A stretch of DNA of 64,000 nt from NCBI GenBank assembly GCA_020635285.1, contig JACKAB010000007.1, forward strand, positions 385,120 through 449,119, in the 5' to 3' direction. Origin of the DNA: Ignavibacteriales bacterium. Its GTDB lineage: Bacteria; Bacteroidota; Ignavibacteria; Ignavibacteriales; Melioribacteraceae. Below, one piece after another: positions 1-10,200 of the stretch (positions within the stretch are counted from its first letter, which is position 1; each line of letters begins with the position of its first letter). Under the pieces are notes generated by a model. That model worked only from the letters and a program-made list of their open reading frames with translations, made no database searches and was not told where the DNA came from. The position numbers and the translations under genes are program-made.

Positions 1-253
1 TTACAGTGCCTGAAATGGAACTATGAATTGGAGCGGAAACAAAACCTTCTTCAACGGCAACAAGACTTCCGGTTTTAACTAAATCTTTTTTAGTAACCAA
101 GGCTTTTGCCGATTTACCAATGTGTTGAGATAGTGGAAGAATAATTTGTTTTGGGGAAGGCATTGTTTCAAATGCGAGATTTTCGGTTAGATATTTGTAT
201 TCATTGGGATGAACACCGCCACTGAATGACCTTATTTTATTTAATACTTTCAT
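1..253 (-). CDS. rnfC: RnfC/RsxC-type electron-transport complex subunit C, N-terminal fragment (rest of the gene lies beyond the window start)
   Basis: Own reverse-strand translation from ATG at 253..251: MKVLNKIRSFSGGVHPNEYKYLTENLAFETMPSPKQIILPLSQHIGKSAKALVTKKDLVKTGSLVAVEEGFVSAPIHSSISGTV. The pattern GG(V/I)HP ... PL.QHIG ... SAP(I/V)H(S/A)S.SGTV is the conserved RnfC N-terminal region. It is absent from the ORF track because it runs off the window. Confidence 0.65.
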   Translation of the reverse strand, partial: MKVLNKIRSFSGGVHPNEYKYLTENLAFETMPSPKQIILPLSQHIGKSAKALVTKKDLVKTGSLVAVEEGFVSAPIHSSISGTV

Positions 254-521
254 TTGGTCGGAATATTTGTGTAACCTATGAACCTAATGATGGCTCATAA
301 AATATGCCAATACTTATAAACACGCAGAAAATAAAAAAAATGGGTTTAAGATAGATAGGATAAGTCTTTTCAAAACAGTTTTTATTTAGATTATTATTAT
401 TTCTCAATTTATAAAATGAATTCAGTTATTTGAGAAAATTAAGATATCAAGGGTTTGATTCGTATCTTATTACTCTCCTAAAAAATTAAAACTTAGATGC
501 AAATAAAATATAATTGCAATT

Positions 522-1283
522 TTAAAATCTAAGTGAAAGGCAGCTCAATCCACCATCTAACTTCCTAAATTCAGAAACATCCACTTCAATTATTGAGTAG
601 CCGGCATCAACAATTTTATCTCTTGTTTTAGGAAATCCCTTTGGTACAATAACGTAATTATTAACCCAAATACAATTTGCAGCATAACTTTCATCGTCAT
701 CAATCTCAATAATATTAAAATTCTTAAATTCATCTTCATGTAAAAATTCACCAAAGGCTAGTAAATTATTATTCTCAAGATAAGCAACACCAGTTTTTAA
801 GTGAAGCATATCTTTCATAAATATTGCGGAACCGCTATAACCATATTTATTTAAAATGGAAATCATTTGAGCGGCACCATCTTCATTAGTTCTTTTTGAA
901 AGTCCAATATAAAAGTGATCGCCAACCATCATTATATCTCCAGGTTCAACAGTTCCAGGAGATTCAACTTTTTCAATTGTTGAGTAATATGATTTAAGAA
1001 CTTGTTTCATTTCTTTTATTTCACCTTTTCTTGTTGGCGCGCCAGGATTTGAAATTATTGCACATTTTTTAGTCAGAAGTGCTGTATCCTCAACAAAGGT
1101 TGAGTCGGGATATTCTTCATCAGCAGGTAATACTTTTACTTTTAAGCCGCACATAATTAATGCATTTATATAATCTTGGTGCTGCTTAATGGCAAGATTG
1201 TAATCTGGCAAGCCTAAATTCGCTGTTGTTATTCCATTTACAAAACTTTTTGAGGGAGTTCGGACAATTGCGTTTGTGAACAT
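522..1283 (-). CDS. dimethylarginine dimethylaminohydrolase-like (amidinotransferase / guanidino-group-modifying superfamily) enzyme
   Basis: 253-aa ORF. The C-terminal LDGGLSCLSLRF carries the catalytic-Cys motif of this superfamily. Length and overall pattern (STFVEDTA, GDHFYIGLSKRTN) are DDAH-like. Confidence 0.7.
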   Translation of the reverse strand: MFTNAIVRTPSKSFVNGITTANLGLPDYNLAIKQHQDYINALIMCGLKVKVLPADEEYPDSTFVEDTALLTKKCAIISNPGAPTRKGEIKEMKQVLKSYYSTIEKVESPGTVEPGDIMMVGDHFYIGLSKRTNEDGAAQMISILNKYGYSGSAIFMKDMLHLKTGVAYLENNNLLAFGEFLHEDEFKNFNIIEIDDDESYAANCIWVNNYVIVPKGFPKTRDKIVDAGYSIIEVDVSEFRKLDGGLSCLSLRF

Positions 1284-1379
1284 TTATAATTCCCAAATTA
1301 CGAATGATTAGATATGTTAAAATAGCATAAAGATTTGAAAATAATGTTTAAGAACTTAGATTGGTGTTTAAAAATATTT

Positions 1380-1444
1380 GTCATTGCGAGTGAATGCGAA
1401 GCAATCTTTTGAGATTACTTCGTCACTCCATTCCTAGTAATGAC
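1380..1444. repeat. bipartite hairpin (REP/MITE-like) intergenic repeat, copy 1
   Basis: The sequence is gtcattgcgagtgaatgcgaagcaatc-ttttgagattacttcgtcactccattcctagtaatgac. Termini are inverted (gtcatt / aatgac). The first module, GTCATTGCGAG..CGAAGCAATC, is a hairpin. The architecture matches the copies at 6251, 34902, 42453 and 61646. Confidence 0.55.
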
Positions 1445-1499
1445 TAATTAAAATCTTCTATTTGGTGAATATTCCAATGGGGAAATTTCAGAAAAAGCC

Positions 1500-2594
1500 T
1501 TAGTTAAACAAATACACATAATCCTCATAGCCGTTTTCTTTCAATTCATCGTATTTGATAAATTTTAGCGAAGCAGAATTAACACAATATCTTAAGTTTG
1601 TTGGTTGGGGTCCATCGTTGAATACATGACCAAGATGAGAGTCACCACTTTTACTTCTAACTTCTACTCTTGCCATTCCCATTGAGTCATCTACAACTTT
1701 CTTAACATTTCTGATATCAACTGGTTTAGTAAAACTAGGCCAACCTGTTCCTGACTTAAATTTATCAGTTGATGAAAACAATACTTCTCCGGAAACCACA
1801 TCAACATAGATCCCCTTTTCATTATTGTCCCAATATTCATTTTGAAAAGCTCTTTCAGTTCCGTTTTCCTGAGTCACATAATACTGCAATTCAGTTAACT
1901 TTTCTTTGAGATCAGCTTTATTTTTCGACGTACGAGCTTTATCAGATTCCCAAACAGAGGCAATAAACGCATCTCTTCCCGAACCTTCTCTATATTTTTT
2001 ATAATGAGTCGGCTCTTTCAGATAGTAATCTTGATGATATTCTTCCGCTTTATAGAAATTTTTAAACTCTTCAACACGAGTAACAATGTTTTTACTAAAC
2101 ATACCAGACTTTTCTAATTCAGTTTTTGATGCTTCTGCAATTTCTTTTTGATAATTATCATGATAAAAAATCGCTGAACTGTACTGATATCCTCTATCGT
2201 AAAACGATCCGCCTTCATCAGTTGGATCAAATTGTTTCCAATATAAATCTAAAATTTCAGTATAGCTAACTATGTCTGGATCAAAATAAACTTGTACACT
2301 TTCTACATGTTTGGTTTTGCCGCTTGAAACTTGTTGATATGTAGGATTTTCTTCTGTTCCACCGGAATACCCGGAAATTACTGCTGCAACTCCATCCAAA
2401 TTTTCAAATGGGGTCTCAATGCACCAGAAACAACCGCCTGCTAATGTTGCAACTGAATATTTATCTGAATTTATTATTTCTTCTTCATTTTTCATCTCTG
2501 AGCTGTTCATTTTTGAACAACCCAGAAATATTATTAAAGGAATGAGTACTAATGCTATTTTTTTCATTTTTATCTCAATCTTATTGAACTTCAA
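1500..2594 (-). CDS. msrAB: fused peptide-methionine sulfoxide reductase MsrA/MsrB, lipoprotein
   Basis: GGCFWC (MsrA active site) lies in the N-terminal half and [11 protein letters not shown] (MsrB) in the C-terminal half. The signal/lipobox [17 protein letters not shown] begins at the 10th codon, so the true start is probably 2567. Confidence 0.9.
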   Translation of the reverse strand: MKFNKIEIKMKKIALVLIPLIIFLGCSKMNSSEMKNEEEIINSDKYSVATLAGGCFWCIETPFENLDGVAAVISGYSGGTEENPTYQQVSSGKTKHVESVQVYFDPDIVSYTEILDLYWKQFDPTDEGGSFYDRGYQYSSAIFYHDNYQKEIAEASKTELEKSGMFSKNIVTRVEEFKNFYKAEEYHQDYYLKEPTHYKKYREGSGRDAFIASVWESDKARTSKNKADLKEKLTELQYYVTQENGTERAFQNEYWDNNEKGIYVDVVSGEVLFSSTDKFKSGTGWPSFTKPVDIRNVKKVVDDSMGMARVEVRSKSGDSHLGHVFNDGPQPTNLRYCVNSASLKFIKYDELKENGYEDYVYLFN

Positions 2595-2618
2595 ATTTGA
2601 TCTGTTTCATATACAACT

Positions 2619-3500
2619 CTATTTTGATGCGGTTCCAGTTGGAAACGAACCCAAATTTTTATCCATATCGTATGTTACGTGATCTGCTGCATCAGTTGGA
2701 ATCATTTTTACTAAGGGTTTTAATGTAAATGGGTTTGGACTGTTATCAGGATCTGGTTCAATTGAAATTACTGCTGTTCCTCCAGATAAATCTGTTGGGA
2801 ATGTTAATCCACTCGGAGCATTTACTAAATAATCCTCACCTGGAAATGGAGGACCTGGCTGAGTGCTGCTGAATGGATCAGCATCATCAACTTCAGTAAC
2901 ACTTGTGAATGTACCAGAAGTTACAGGAACACCATTAATTACTGTCCAACCTTCATATTTCCATCCTGCTGGTAATGTTGGTAAATCTAATCCAACTGCA
3001 GGAGTGCCGCTTGATAAATCTAAAAACCAAATACCGCTTTTTTCATCTGTATCAGCACCATTTGTTGGGGTTGCCAAAATATATTTGCCTGAAATCGAGG
3101 AAAAGTCATCTCCTAATGCTGCGCCGTGACCAACTGAAAGGGAAGCCGAACTTCCGTTAAAGTCACCTGCAATTATGTGCACATCACTTGGATTTGGACT
3201 TGGATCCGGATTTGGTTCAATAGTTAAAATAAATGCAGTTGCAGAACTTAAATCATCGGCATCAATTTCAAATGATGATTTACTGAGGTTTCCAGAAGCA
3301 TCAACTGTAAATGTACCTGTAGTTTTTGGTACTCCATCTACCATAATCCAGCCTTCATACATTGCAGAACTGCCAAGGTCTTCTAATCCAGAGATATTTA
3401 ATGTCATGGAAGATGTTGTGGGCTCGACTGAATTGTCATCATCGCTACAGCTAATAATTAAGAATGATAACGCAGCTAATAATAAAAATACTTTTTTCAT
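2619..3500 (-). CDS. secreted lipoprotein with two tandem RskA-C-like modules, function unknown
   Basis: Signal plus lipobox (LSFLIISC). There is an internal duplication: YEGWIMVDGVPKTTGTF ... LTIEPNPDPSPNPS versus YEGWTVINGVPVTSGTF ... ISIEPDPDNSPNP. The YE.W...G.P...GTF pattern recalls the extracytoplasmic domain of anti-sigma-K factor RskA; this similarity is weak and from memory only. Confidence 0.5.
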   Translation of the reverse strand: MKKVFLLLAALSFLIISCSDDDNSVEPTTSSMTLNISGLEDLGSSAMYEGWIMVDGVPKTTGTFTVDASGNLSKSSFEIDADDLSSATAFILTIEPNPDPSPNPSDVHIIAGDFNGSSASLSVGHGAALGDDFSSISGKYILATPTNGADTDEKSGIWFLDLSSGTPAVGLDLPTLPAGWKYEGWTVINGVPVTSGTFTSVTEVDDADPFSSTQPGPPFPGEDYLVNAPSGLTFPTDLSGGTAVISIEPDPDNSPNPFTLKPLVKMIPTDAADHVTYDMDKNLGSFPTGTASK

Positions 3501-3557
3501 AATGGTACTCCTTTTGTTAATTGGTAAATAATTTTATTAACTCAAAAGTACCCCCTT

Positions 3558-3580
3558 TTATCACGAAATTATCACAGGGT
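3558..3580 (-). promoter_or_regulatory. TATCAC-N5-TATCACAG(G)GGT direct-repeat motif upstream of the lipoprotein gene
   Basis: The plus strand reads ttatcacgaaattatcacagggt, 59-80 nt upstream of the start at 3500. A near-identical motif lies at 7075-7099 upstream of the response-regulator gene. The 11-bp periodicity is typical of winged-helix (OmpR/PhoB) tandem sites. It may overlap a TAnnTTTG-like -7 promoter box on the minus strand. Confidence 0.35.
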
Positions 3581-3784
3581 TTTAAACTATTCTGAATAGT
3601 GTATAACATATCTGAATTGGGTAAGATAGGTGACAAAAATGTAGGGAAATATATTTTTTTGTAACTTCTGAGTAAATCATTATAATAAATTTAAAAAACA
3701 GATTTGAAAATTTGGACAAATATTTTTTTGCTTAGACTCACGAGTTTAATTTTTGTTTTTCACATAATTGAAGGATCATCCATA

Positions 3785-4765
3785 TGGATTTTGTATTTAT
3801 TATTATTCTAATTGCATTTGTTGGCTTTTTTATTATTTAGGAAAGTGTACAAAGGTAGGTTTAGTTGGATTGAGCCAAATGATCCATTTCCCGTGCAATG
3901 GAGAGCTATATTAACTGGCAAAGTAGCTTATTATAATGCTTTATCGAAAGAAGAGAAAAGTTTATTTGAATATAAAGTTCAAGAGTTTCTCTTAAATTGT
4001 AGAATTACAGGAATAAAAACACAAATTGATACCACAGACAAACTGCTCGTAGCATCAAGTGCAATAATACCAATACTGAAGTTTAGTGAATGGAAATATA
4101 CAAACATTCGTGAAGTCTTAGTTTACCCAGCACTTTTCAATGAAGAATTTAAAACTGAAGGTTCGGGTAGACGAATTGCTGGAATGGTGGGAAATGGCTA
4201 TATGGAAGGCATGATGATTCTTTCTAAACATGCACTGAGGCTTGGCTTTGCAAATGAATCTGATAAGAAGAATACCGCAATTCATGAGTTTGTACACCTC
4301 ATAGATAAAACTGATGGATCAATAGATGGAATTCCAGAACTACTATTGGAAAAGCAATACACAATACCGTGGATAGATCTTATCAATAAAAAATTGATGA
4401 AATTTATAAGAATAAATCAGATATCAACCCTTATGGCGGTACAAATAAAGCAGAGTTCTTTTCAGTTGTGAGCGAATATTTTTTGAACGACCAAAGTTAC
4501 TAGCTAAGAAACATCCAGAATTGTATGACTTACTTGAAAAAAATATTTAAACAAGAAATGAAATCAAAAAGCTTGAACCTAAAAAAAAATAAGAATATCA
4601 AGAAATACACCTTGTCCTTGTAATAGTGGTCTTAAATTCAAAAAATGCTGTGGAATGTACATTACAATTGACAACAAATCTTATAAAAAGAATGCTGCCA
4701 ATTATTATAGAGTTAAATATTTAGAATCAAGCAAATTGATTGATTTTTGGTTTTTTGACTTATAA
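3785..4765 (+). pseudogene. MtfA-like (M90) zinc peptidase with N-terminal TM helix and C-terminal SEC-C motif; frame broken at least 3 times, 3' end uncertain
   Basis: ATG at 3785 gives MDFVFIIILIAFVGFFII, then a frame change into ORF 3812..4471, which carries HEFVHLID (HExxH). The protein continues in another frame as [55 protein letters not shown] (SEC-C metal-binding motif) lies at 4610..4654 in a third frame. Confidence 0.55.
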
Positions 4766-6220
4766 ACCGGAATATCAAATGAAAAAGTTGTTCCTTTGTT
4801 AGGTGCACTTGTTGTTGAAATTTCAACTTCATGAACTTCCAATATTTTCTTTACAATTGCCAAACCTAAACCCAAGCCCTTGGTCTTTTTTTTTCACTTC
4901 CTTGGTTAAATCTGTCATAAATGTGTGCAATTTCTTCCTCGCTTATTCCAACACCGCTATCAGAAACTTTAACCTTTATGCAGTCATTCTCATTTTTGAG
5001 TTGAACTAAAATCGATCCCCCTTCTGGAGTAAACTTTATTGCATTATCAATTAAATTTTGGAAAACCCGTTCAATCATTGCAATATCTGCAAAAGCTAAA
5101 GGTAAATCTTGTGGAGAATCTAACGTAAGATTAATATTTTTTTTAGATTCAGCTAAAATTAGGGTTCTTGTGTCTTATATCTTGTGCAAGTTCTGAAAGC
5201 TGAAAAGCTTCCAAATTTGGCTTTGTTTCTCTGGCTTCAAGTTTAGAAAGTTCAAATAGTTCCTCAACTAATTTTTTAAGCCGCTCTGTACTATTAAGTA
5301 TAGTTGTCAGATGTACCTTTCGTTCTTCTTCTGTCATAGTTTCACTTTTCATAAGAATAGTTTCGCTATAACCATGAATTGTGGCAAGGGGAGTTCTTAG
5401 ATCATGAGAAACATTTGCAACCAGTTCACGCCTTAAATTATCCATTGTTTTTAGATCTTGCATATTCTGAACAATTGTATCAGCCATTTCATTAAATGAG
5501 TTTGCAAATTCTTTTAGCTCTCCGGTTTGTTTTAAAGTTTATTCTGGCTTCTAAATCACCATTTTTAAATTGACGGATAACTCCAATCATTTTTCTAATG
5601 TTTTTTGTAATTAAAACTAAGGCAATGAAAGTAATAATTATAGCTGCAATAAGTGTAATAGCCGTTGACCGTAATGCCAGTCGGAGCATAAAACTACCGA
5701 ATAAAAATTGTGCAGCACTTTCAAATTCCTCACCGCTAATTATAATATATAAATAACCCCGCAATAAATTTCCTTCGTAAACTTCAGAAGCAGTAAATGT
5801 TGAATGTGCTTTTGGATCTCTGGGATTATTACCCATTACAAATTCTTTGCCTTCCTCAGCAACAAATTTTTTGTATGGGCTCAAGGTCAACGGATTCCAT
5901 TATTATTTTTTTCAGGAGCAAAATAAGTGATAATATTGCCGGTCGTATCCAATAAATAGACTTCCAAACTTGGATTTATAACCATTATTTCATGGAATAA
6001 TTTGTGTAATACTTCTTCATCTATTTCACCATTTGTGAAAAATTTATTTTCATCCACAATATGCGGAGCAATTTGAGATCCCATTTTTTGAACAGCTTCC
6101 TGGTAATACATTTCAGCAGTCCAAACTGCAATATAGAGGTAGACTGCTGACAATATCATTAGAATTGATAGGAAGGTAGATCCAATTTTCCAAGTAAGGG
6201 GTGTTAAAGAAATTCTTCAT
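4705..6220 (-). pseudogene. sensor histidine kinase (TM-sensor-HAMP-HisKA-HATPase), frame broken at least 5 times
   Basis: Fragments 5887..6159 (sensor), 5492..5890 (TM plus HAMP-like), 5149..5487 (HisKA: VSHDLRTPL) and 4866..5078 (HATPase: NLIDNAIKFTPEGG, DSGVGI). Own translation continues to [40 protein letters not shown] with a stop at 4705. ATG at 6220 gives MKNFFNTP, then shifts at a CCCC run into the TM helix. Confidence 0.8.
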
Positions 6221-6250
6221 AATTTATTCATTTTTTTCGTTTTTATTTTG

Positions 6251-6320
6251 TCTTCCTCGCTTATGCGTGGATTTAGTAATCTCATAATAGATTCTCGATA
6301 AAAACATTCGGGAATGACAG
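6251..6320. repeat. bipartite hairpin repeat, copy 2 (inverted orientation), between kinase and regulator genes
   Basis: The minus strand reads ctgtcattcccgaatgtttttatcgagaatc...gattactaaatccacgcataagcgagg. It has the same GTCATTCC..GA(A)TC first module and gattact second module as copy 1. Confidence 0.5.
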
Positions 6321-6334
6321 GATAGTTCTAAACT

Positions 6335-7036
6335 TTAATTCTCTAAAGAATCATTAAACCAATAACCTACACCCCAAGAGGTTCTAATAAATTTGGGATT
6401 TGAAAGGTCATCTTCAATTTTTGTCCTTAACCTATTTATATGAGAATTTACTGTGTGTTCATATCCATTATACTGGTAACCCCAAACAGTATTTAATAGC
6501 TGCTCTCTTGTATATGTTCTTCCGGGATGAGTTGCCATTAGCAGCAGTAAATCAAACTCTTTTTGAGTTAATTCAACTCTTTCACCATTCAAGATTACTC
6601 TTCTTTTTTGTACATCAATTTTAAGATCGCCTACATTAATAATTGTGTTATCAATGTCTGTTTTTTGAACGGCATCCACTCTGCGGAAGATTGCTTTTAC
6701 CCTGGCAATAAATTCTCTGATGCTAAATGGTTTTGTTAAGTAATCATCTGCCCCAATTTCTAATCCAAGAACCTTATCAAATTCCTCAGATTTAGCTGTT
6801 AACATCAAAATTGGCACGTAAATTTCTCTTTTCCTGACTTCTTTGCAGATTTCAATTCCATCTAAATTCGGCAGCATAATGTCTAATACTATTAAATCAA
6901 ATTGCTCATTAATTGCCAAATCTAATCCAACTTTTCCATCATTAGCCTTGGTAACTTGACAATTGAGATCAGTTAAATGAATTTCTAGAAGATCGGAAAT
7001 TTCTTTCTCGTCTTCAATTACTAATACTTTTCGCAT
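6335..7036 (-). CDS. OmpR/PhoB-family response regulator (receiver plus winged-helix)
   Basis: 233 aa. Receiver motifs DLIVLDIMLP and LMLTAK are present, and the C-terminal winged helix ends in TSWGVGYWF. Confidence 0.9.
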   Translation of the reverse strand: MRKVLVIEDEKEISDLLEIHLTDLNCQVTKANDGKVGLDLAINEQFDLIVLDIMLPNLDGIEICKEVRKREIYVPILMLTAKSEEFDKVLGLEIGADDYLTKPFSIREFIARVKAIFRRVDAVQKTDIDNTIINVGDLKIDVQKRRVILNGERVELTQKEFDLLLLMATHPGRTYTREQLLNTVWGYQYNGYEHTVNSHINRLRTKIEDDLSNPKFIRTSWGVGYWFNDSLEN

Positions 7037-7074
7037 TCTGGTATTCCAATTTTTAATGCAAAGTTAAGATAAAA

Positions 7075-7099
7075 TTATCACATAAATATCACAGAGGGT
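7075..7099 (-). promoter_or_regulatory. TATCAC-N5-TATCACAGAGGGT direct-repeat motif upstream of the response-regulator gene
   Basis: The plus strand reads ttatcacataaatatcacagagggt, 40-62 nt upstream of the start at 7036. It matches the motif at 3558-3580 at nearly every position. Confidence 0.35.
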
Positions 7100-7199
7100 A
7101 AACAAAAATTAATTGAATGAAATAAGGATTTTAGAGAAATATAGAAAATTAGTTAGTGGTGAGTTTATTTAAAAGAGTTGCCTTAGTTACCATTTAAAA

Positions 7200-7236
7200 T
7201 AAAAAATGCGGACATAAAAATAATCCGCATTTTTAT
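7200..7236 (-). terminator. rho-independent terminator downstream of the giant coiled-coil gene
   Basis: The stem atgcgga (7206-7212) pairs with tccgcat (7224-7230). A/T runs flank both sides, so the minus strand reads hairpin then TTTTTT. It lies 22 nt after the stop at 7258. Confidence 0.7.
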
Positions 7237-7257
7237 AATCTGTTTATTCAAAAATTC

Positions 7258-10200
7258 TTAATCTAAGTAACTTTGAATCGCGTCTTCTATGTTATCAAAA
7301 AGTTTAAATACTTTATCCATTCTAGTTATATAGAACATTGATGATTCGGTATTATCACCCCAAACAATTCTTAAATCGCCACCGAGACTCATTGTTTTTT
7401 TCAAAGAGCTAACTAAAACTCCAAGTACTGTTGAATCAACAAATTCGCATTGAGCTAAATCAATAATCAATTTTGAGTTATGATTCTCAAATAATGCGTT
7501 TAAATATTCTTTAAACTTAGAAGCAATTTCCATTGTTGCTCTTGGCAAGTTAACATTTACAACGCTCACATCTCCATAAAGCAAATGTGAAAATTGAGAG
7601 AATTGAGGCAAGTCTGAATCAAAAGAAGTAAGCTCACTAACAATTGAATTTTTATCAATTTTGTTATTTTCCTTAGTTAATTCTTCTAATTCGAGATCAT
7701 CGTTTTCAGAATGTTCAAAGTCAACTATTTCATCACTATCTGTAATTGGATTTCCAAAAGAGAATGTTGGGATATTTTCTTTTTCATCTGTAAGTTCTTC
7801 AAACTGTTCTTCAGTTGTTATTTCAACTTTAGTTTCTTGGTCAAACGGATTTGTATAAACTTGCATTGGTTCATTATCAACAGTAATATTCTCTGAAACA
7901 TTATTATTTGTGCTGTTATTCTGCGCTTTTAATAGATCAAGCTGCTCTTGAAGCTCAGCAATTTTTACAACTTGGTTTTCAATGATTAAGTTTAATCTTT
8001 CTTCATCAGATTCATTATCTAATGATTGATTGTTAATCATTTCAAGTCTTTGTGAAATAAGTTCAAGCTCTTCATTTTTCTTATTTGCTTCTGTCTTAAA
8101 ATGATTTTTTGCTTCATTTAATTTTTCAATTTCATTTTTAAAATCTTCAATCTGTTCTTTAAGTTTTATGAACTCAATTTCTCTATCAGTTTTTTGAAGT
8201 TTAACTTGTGAAAGCCTTCTTCCTTGCTCTTCTATTATTGAGTTTTTTTCTTCTATTACAGATTCAAAACTTCCTTTTGATTCATTAAGTTTTTCTAGCT
8301 CACTTTGTAATTCTTGTAATTTATCTTCATACTGTTTAGCAACTTCACTGGCAGTATCATCGCCATTAAAATTATTTACACTTGATTGAAGTTCAGCAAT
8401 CAACTCGGATTTATTATTAATCTCAGCTTCAAAAGATTCTTTAACTTCATTAAGTTCTACAACCGTTAATTCAAGAGCTTCGATTTTTTTCTTTAATAAA
8501 ATTGTCGTTTCACTGTCTCCATTTTTTTCTGCATTTAGTTCTTCTTCTAAAGTATCTAGCTTTCTATCTTTTTCAACTAACAGATTTTGTGCTTGCTCTA
8601 ATTGATGTTTTAATTTTTCAACTTCTTCAGAAATTGATTGTATTTGTTCGCTATCTGAATTATTAGAGTTATGAACATCATTTAGTTGATTTTTAAGATT
8701 TTCAATTTGTTCTACAAGCACTGCATTTTCTTCGTGAACATTTTTATTTTCTTCAATTACTACAGAATGTTCTAAAGTTAAATTTTGTAATTTTTCATTA
8801 AAATGTTCATATTGATTGTCAGCTAATTTTTCATTTTCTAATTCTTTTTCAATCTCAGAAATAGTTTGATTTTGTTCTTCAATGATCCTTTTGTTTTTTT
8901 CTAAAGCTTCCTCTTTCTCATTTAATTTTTCTTCAAACTGTTTTATCGTTTCAGCAAGTAAATCTATCTTCTGATCTTTTTCAGAAACATTAGAATTATA
9001 ATTAGAAAGTTTTTGATTTAATTCGGCAATTTGATTTTGAAGTTGTTCTTCAATAGAATTAAATTCTTCAGCTTTTAATTTATAATCATTAAGTTCTGTT
9101 TTAACTTGATTAAATTCATAATAATTATTTGAAATTTGTTTTTGATAAGCTTTTAAGTCTTCGTTTAGATTCTCTATTTCGGAATTAAGTTCTTTCAATT
9201 CAGAATTTTTAGAATCTAAATTATTTCTTAACTCATTTTCAACTGATTCAAATGACTCTAATCTATTATTTCCTTCAGCCAGTTGATTTTTTGCTTCAGT
9301 AACTTTTTCACTTAGCTCATTTATTTGCTGATTTAATTGAGCTTCCCGTGATTTATTTTCTTCAATCGCATTTTTGAATTCTTGAATTTGATTTTCTTTC
9401 TCAACCAGACTATTTTTTAATCTGCTTTCAGATTCTTTCCACAATTCAGAATTATTGCTTGTCTCTTCAAGTTCTTTTTCAACTTCTGAAATATTTTCAC
9501 TTAGTTCATTTATCTGCTGATTTAATTGAGCTTCCCGTGATTTGTTCTCTTCAATAGCATTTTGAAACTCTTGAATTTGATTTTCTTTTTCAGCCAGACT
9601 GTTTTTTAATTCATTTTCTGTTTCAATCCATGATTCTAAATTACTTTTACTTTCTTCAAGCTCATCTTTAACTGCAGCAATTTTTTCATTTAGTTCTTTA
9701 ATTTGTTGATTTAATAATAATTCAACTGAATTTTTATCTTCAAGTTTAATTTTGTAATTATTTAAGTCTGCTTTCAGTGATTCAACTTCTTCAGATTTTC
9801 CTTCAGCTTGATTTTTATAGATATCCAGATCGCTGCTTAAAAATTCAATTTCGGAAAAAACTTTATTATACTCTTTTTCTTTTTCTGATAAACTATTTCT
9901 TAATTCATTTTCAATTTGGTTTAGTCTTTCAATCTCAGCATTCTTTTCTTCAATTTGTTCTTCTTGAAAAGACTCAACTTCATTATGTCCTTTCTGTACT
10001 ATTTCCAGTTGTTCTTCAAGGTATAGAACAGATTTTTGTAATTCTTCAGCTTGACGTGTTTTATCAATAAGGCGCTTTTCAATTTCTGTAGTTTCTATTT
10101 TTAGTTCAGAACTTAATTCTTCGAGAGCTCGTTCTCTTTCCTCTATTGTCTTTTCTAAGATAGATATATGTTTTTTAAGATGAGTTAATTCTGATTCGGT

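Noticed and set aside
2419-3531. Plus-strand ORFs 2419..2682, 2863..3129, 2975..3160 and 3175..3531.
   Set aside because: They are antisense to the well-supported msrAB and lipoprotein genes and have no motifs.
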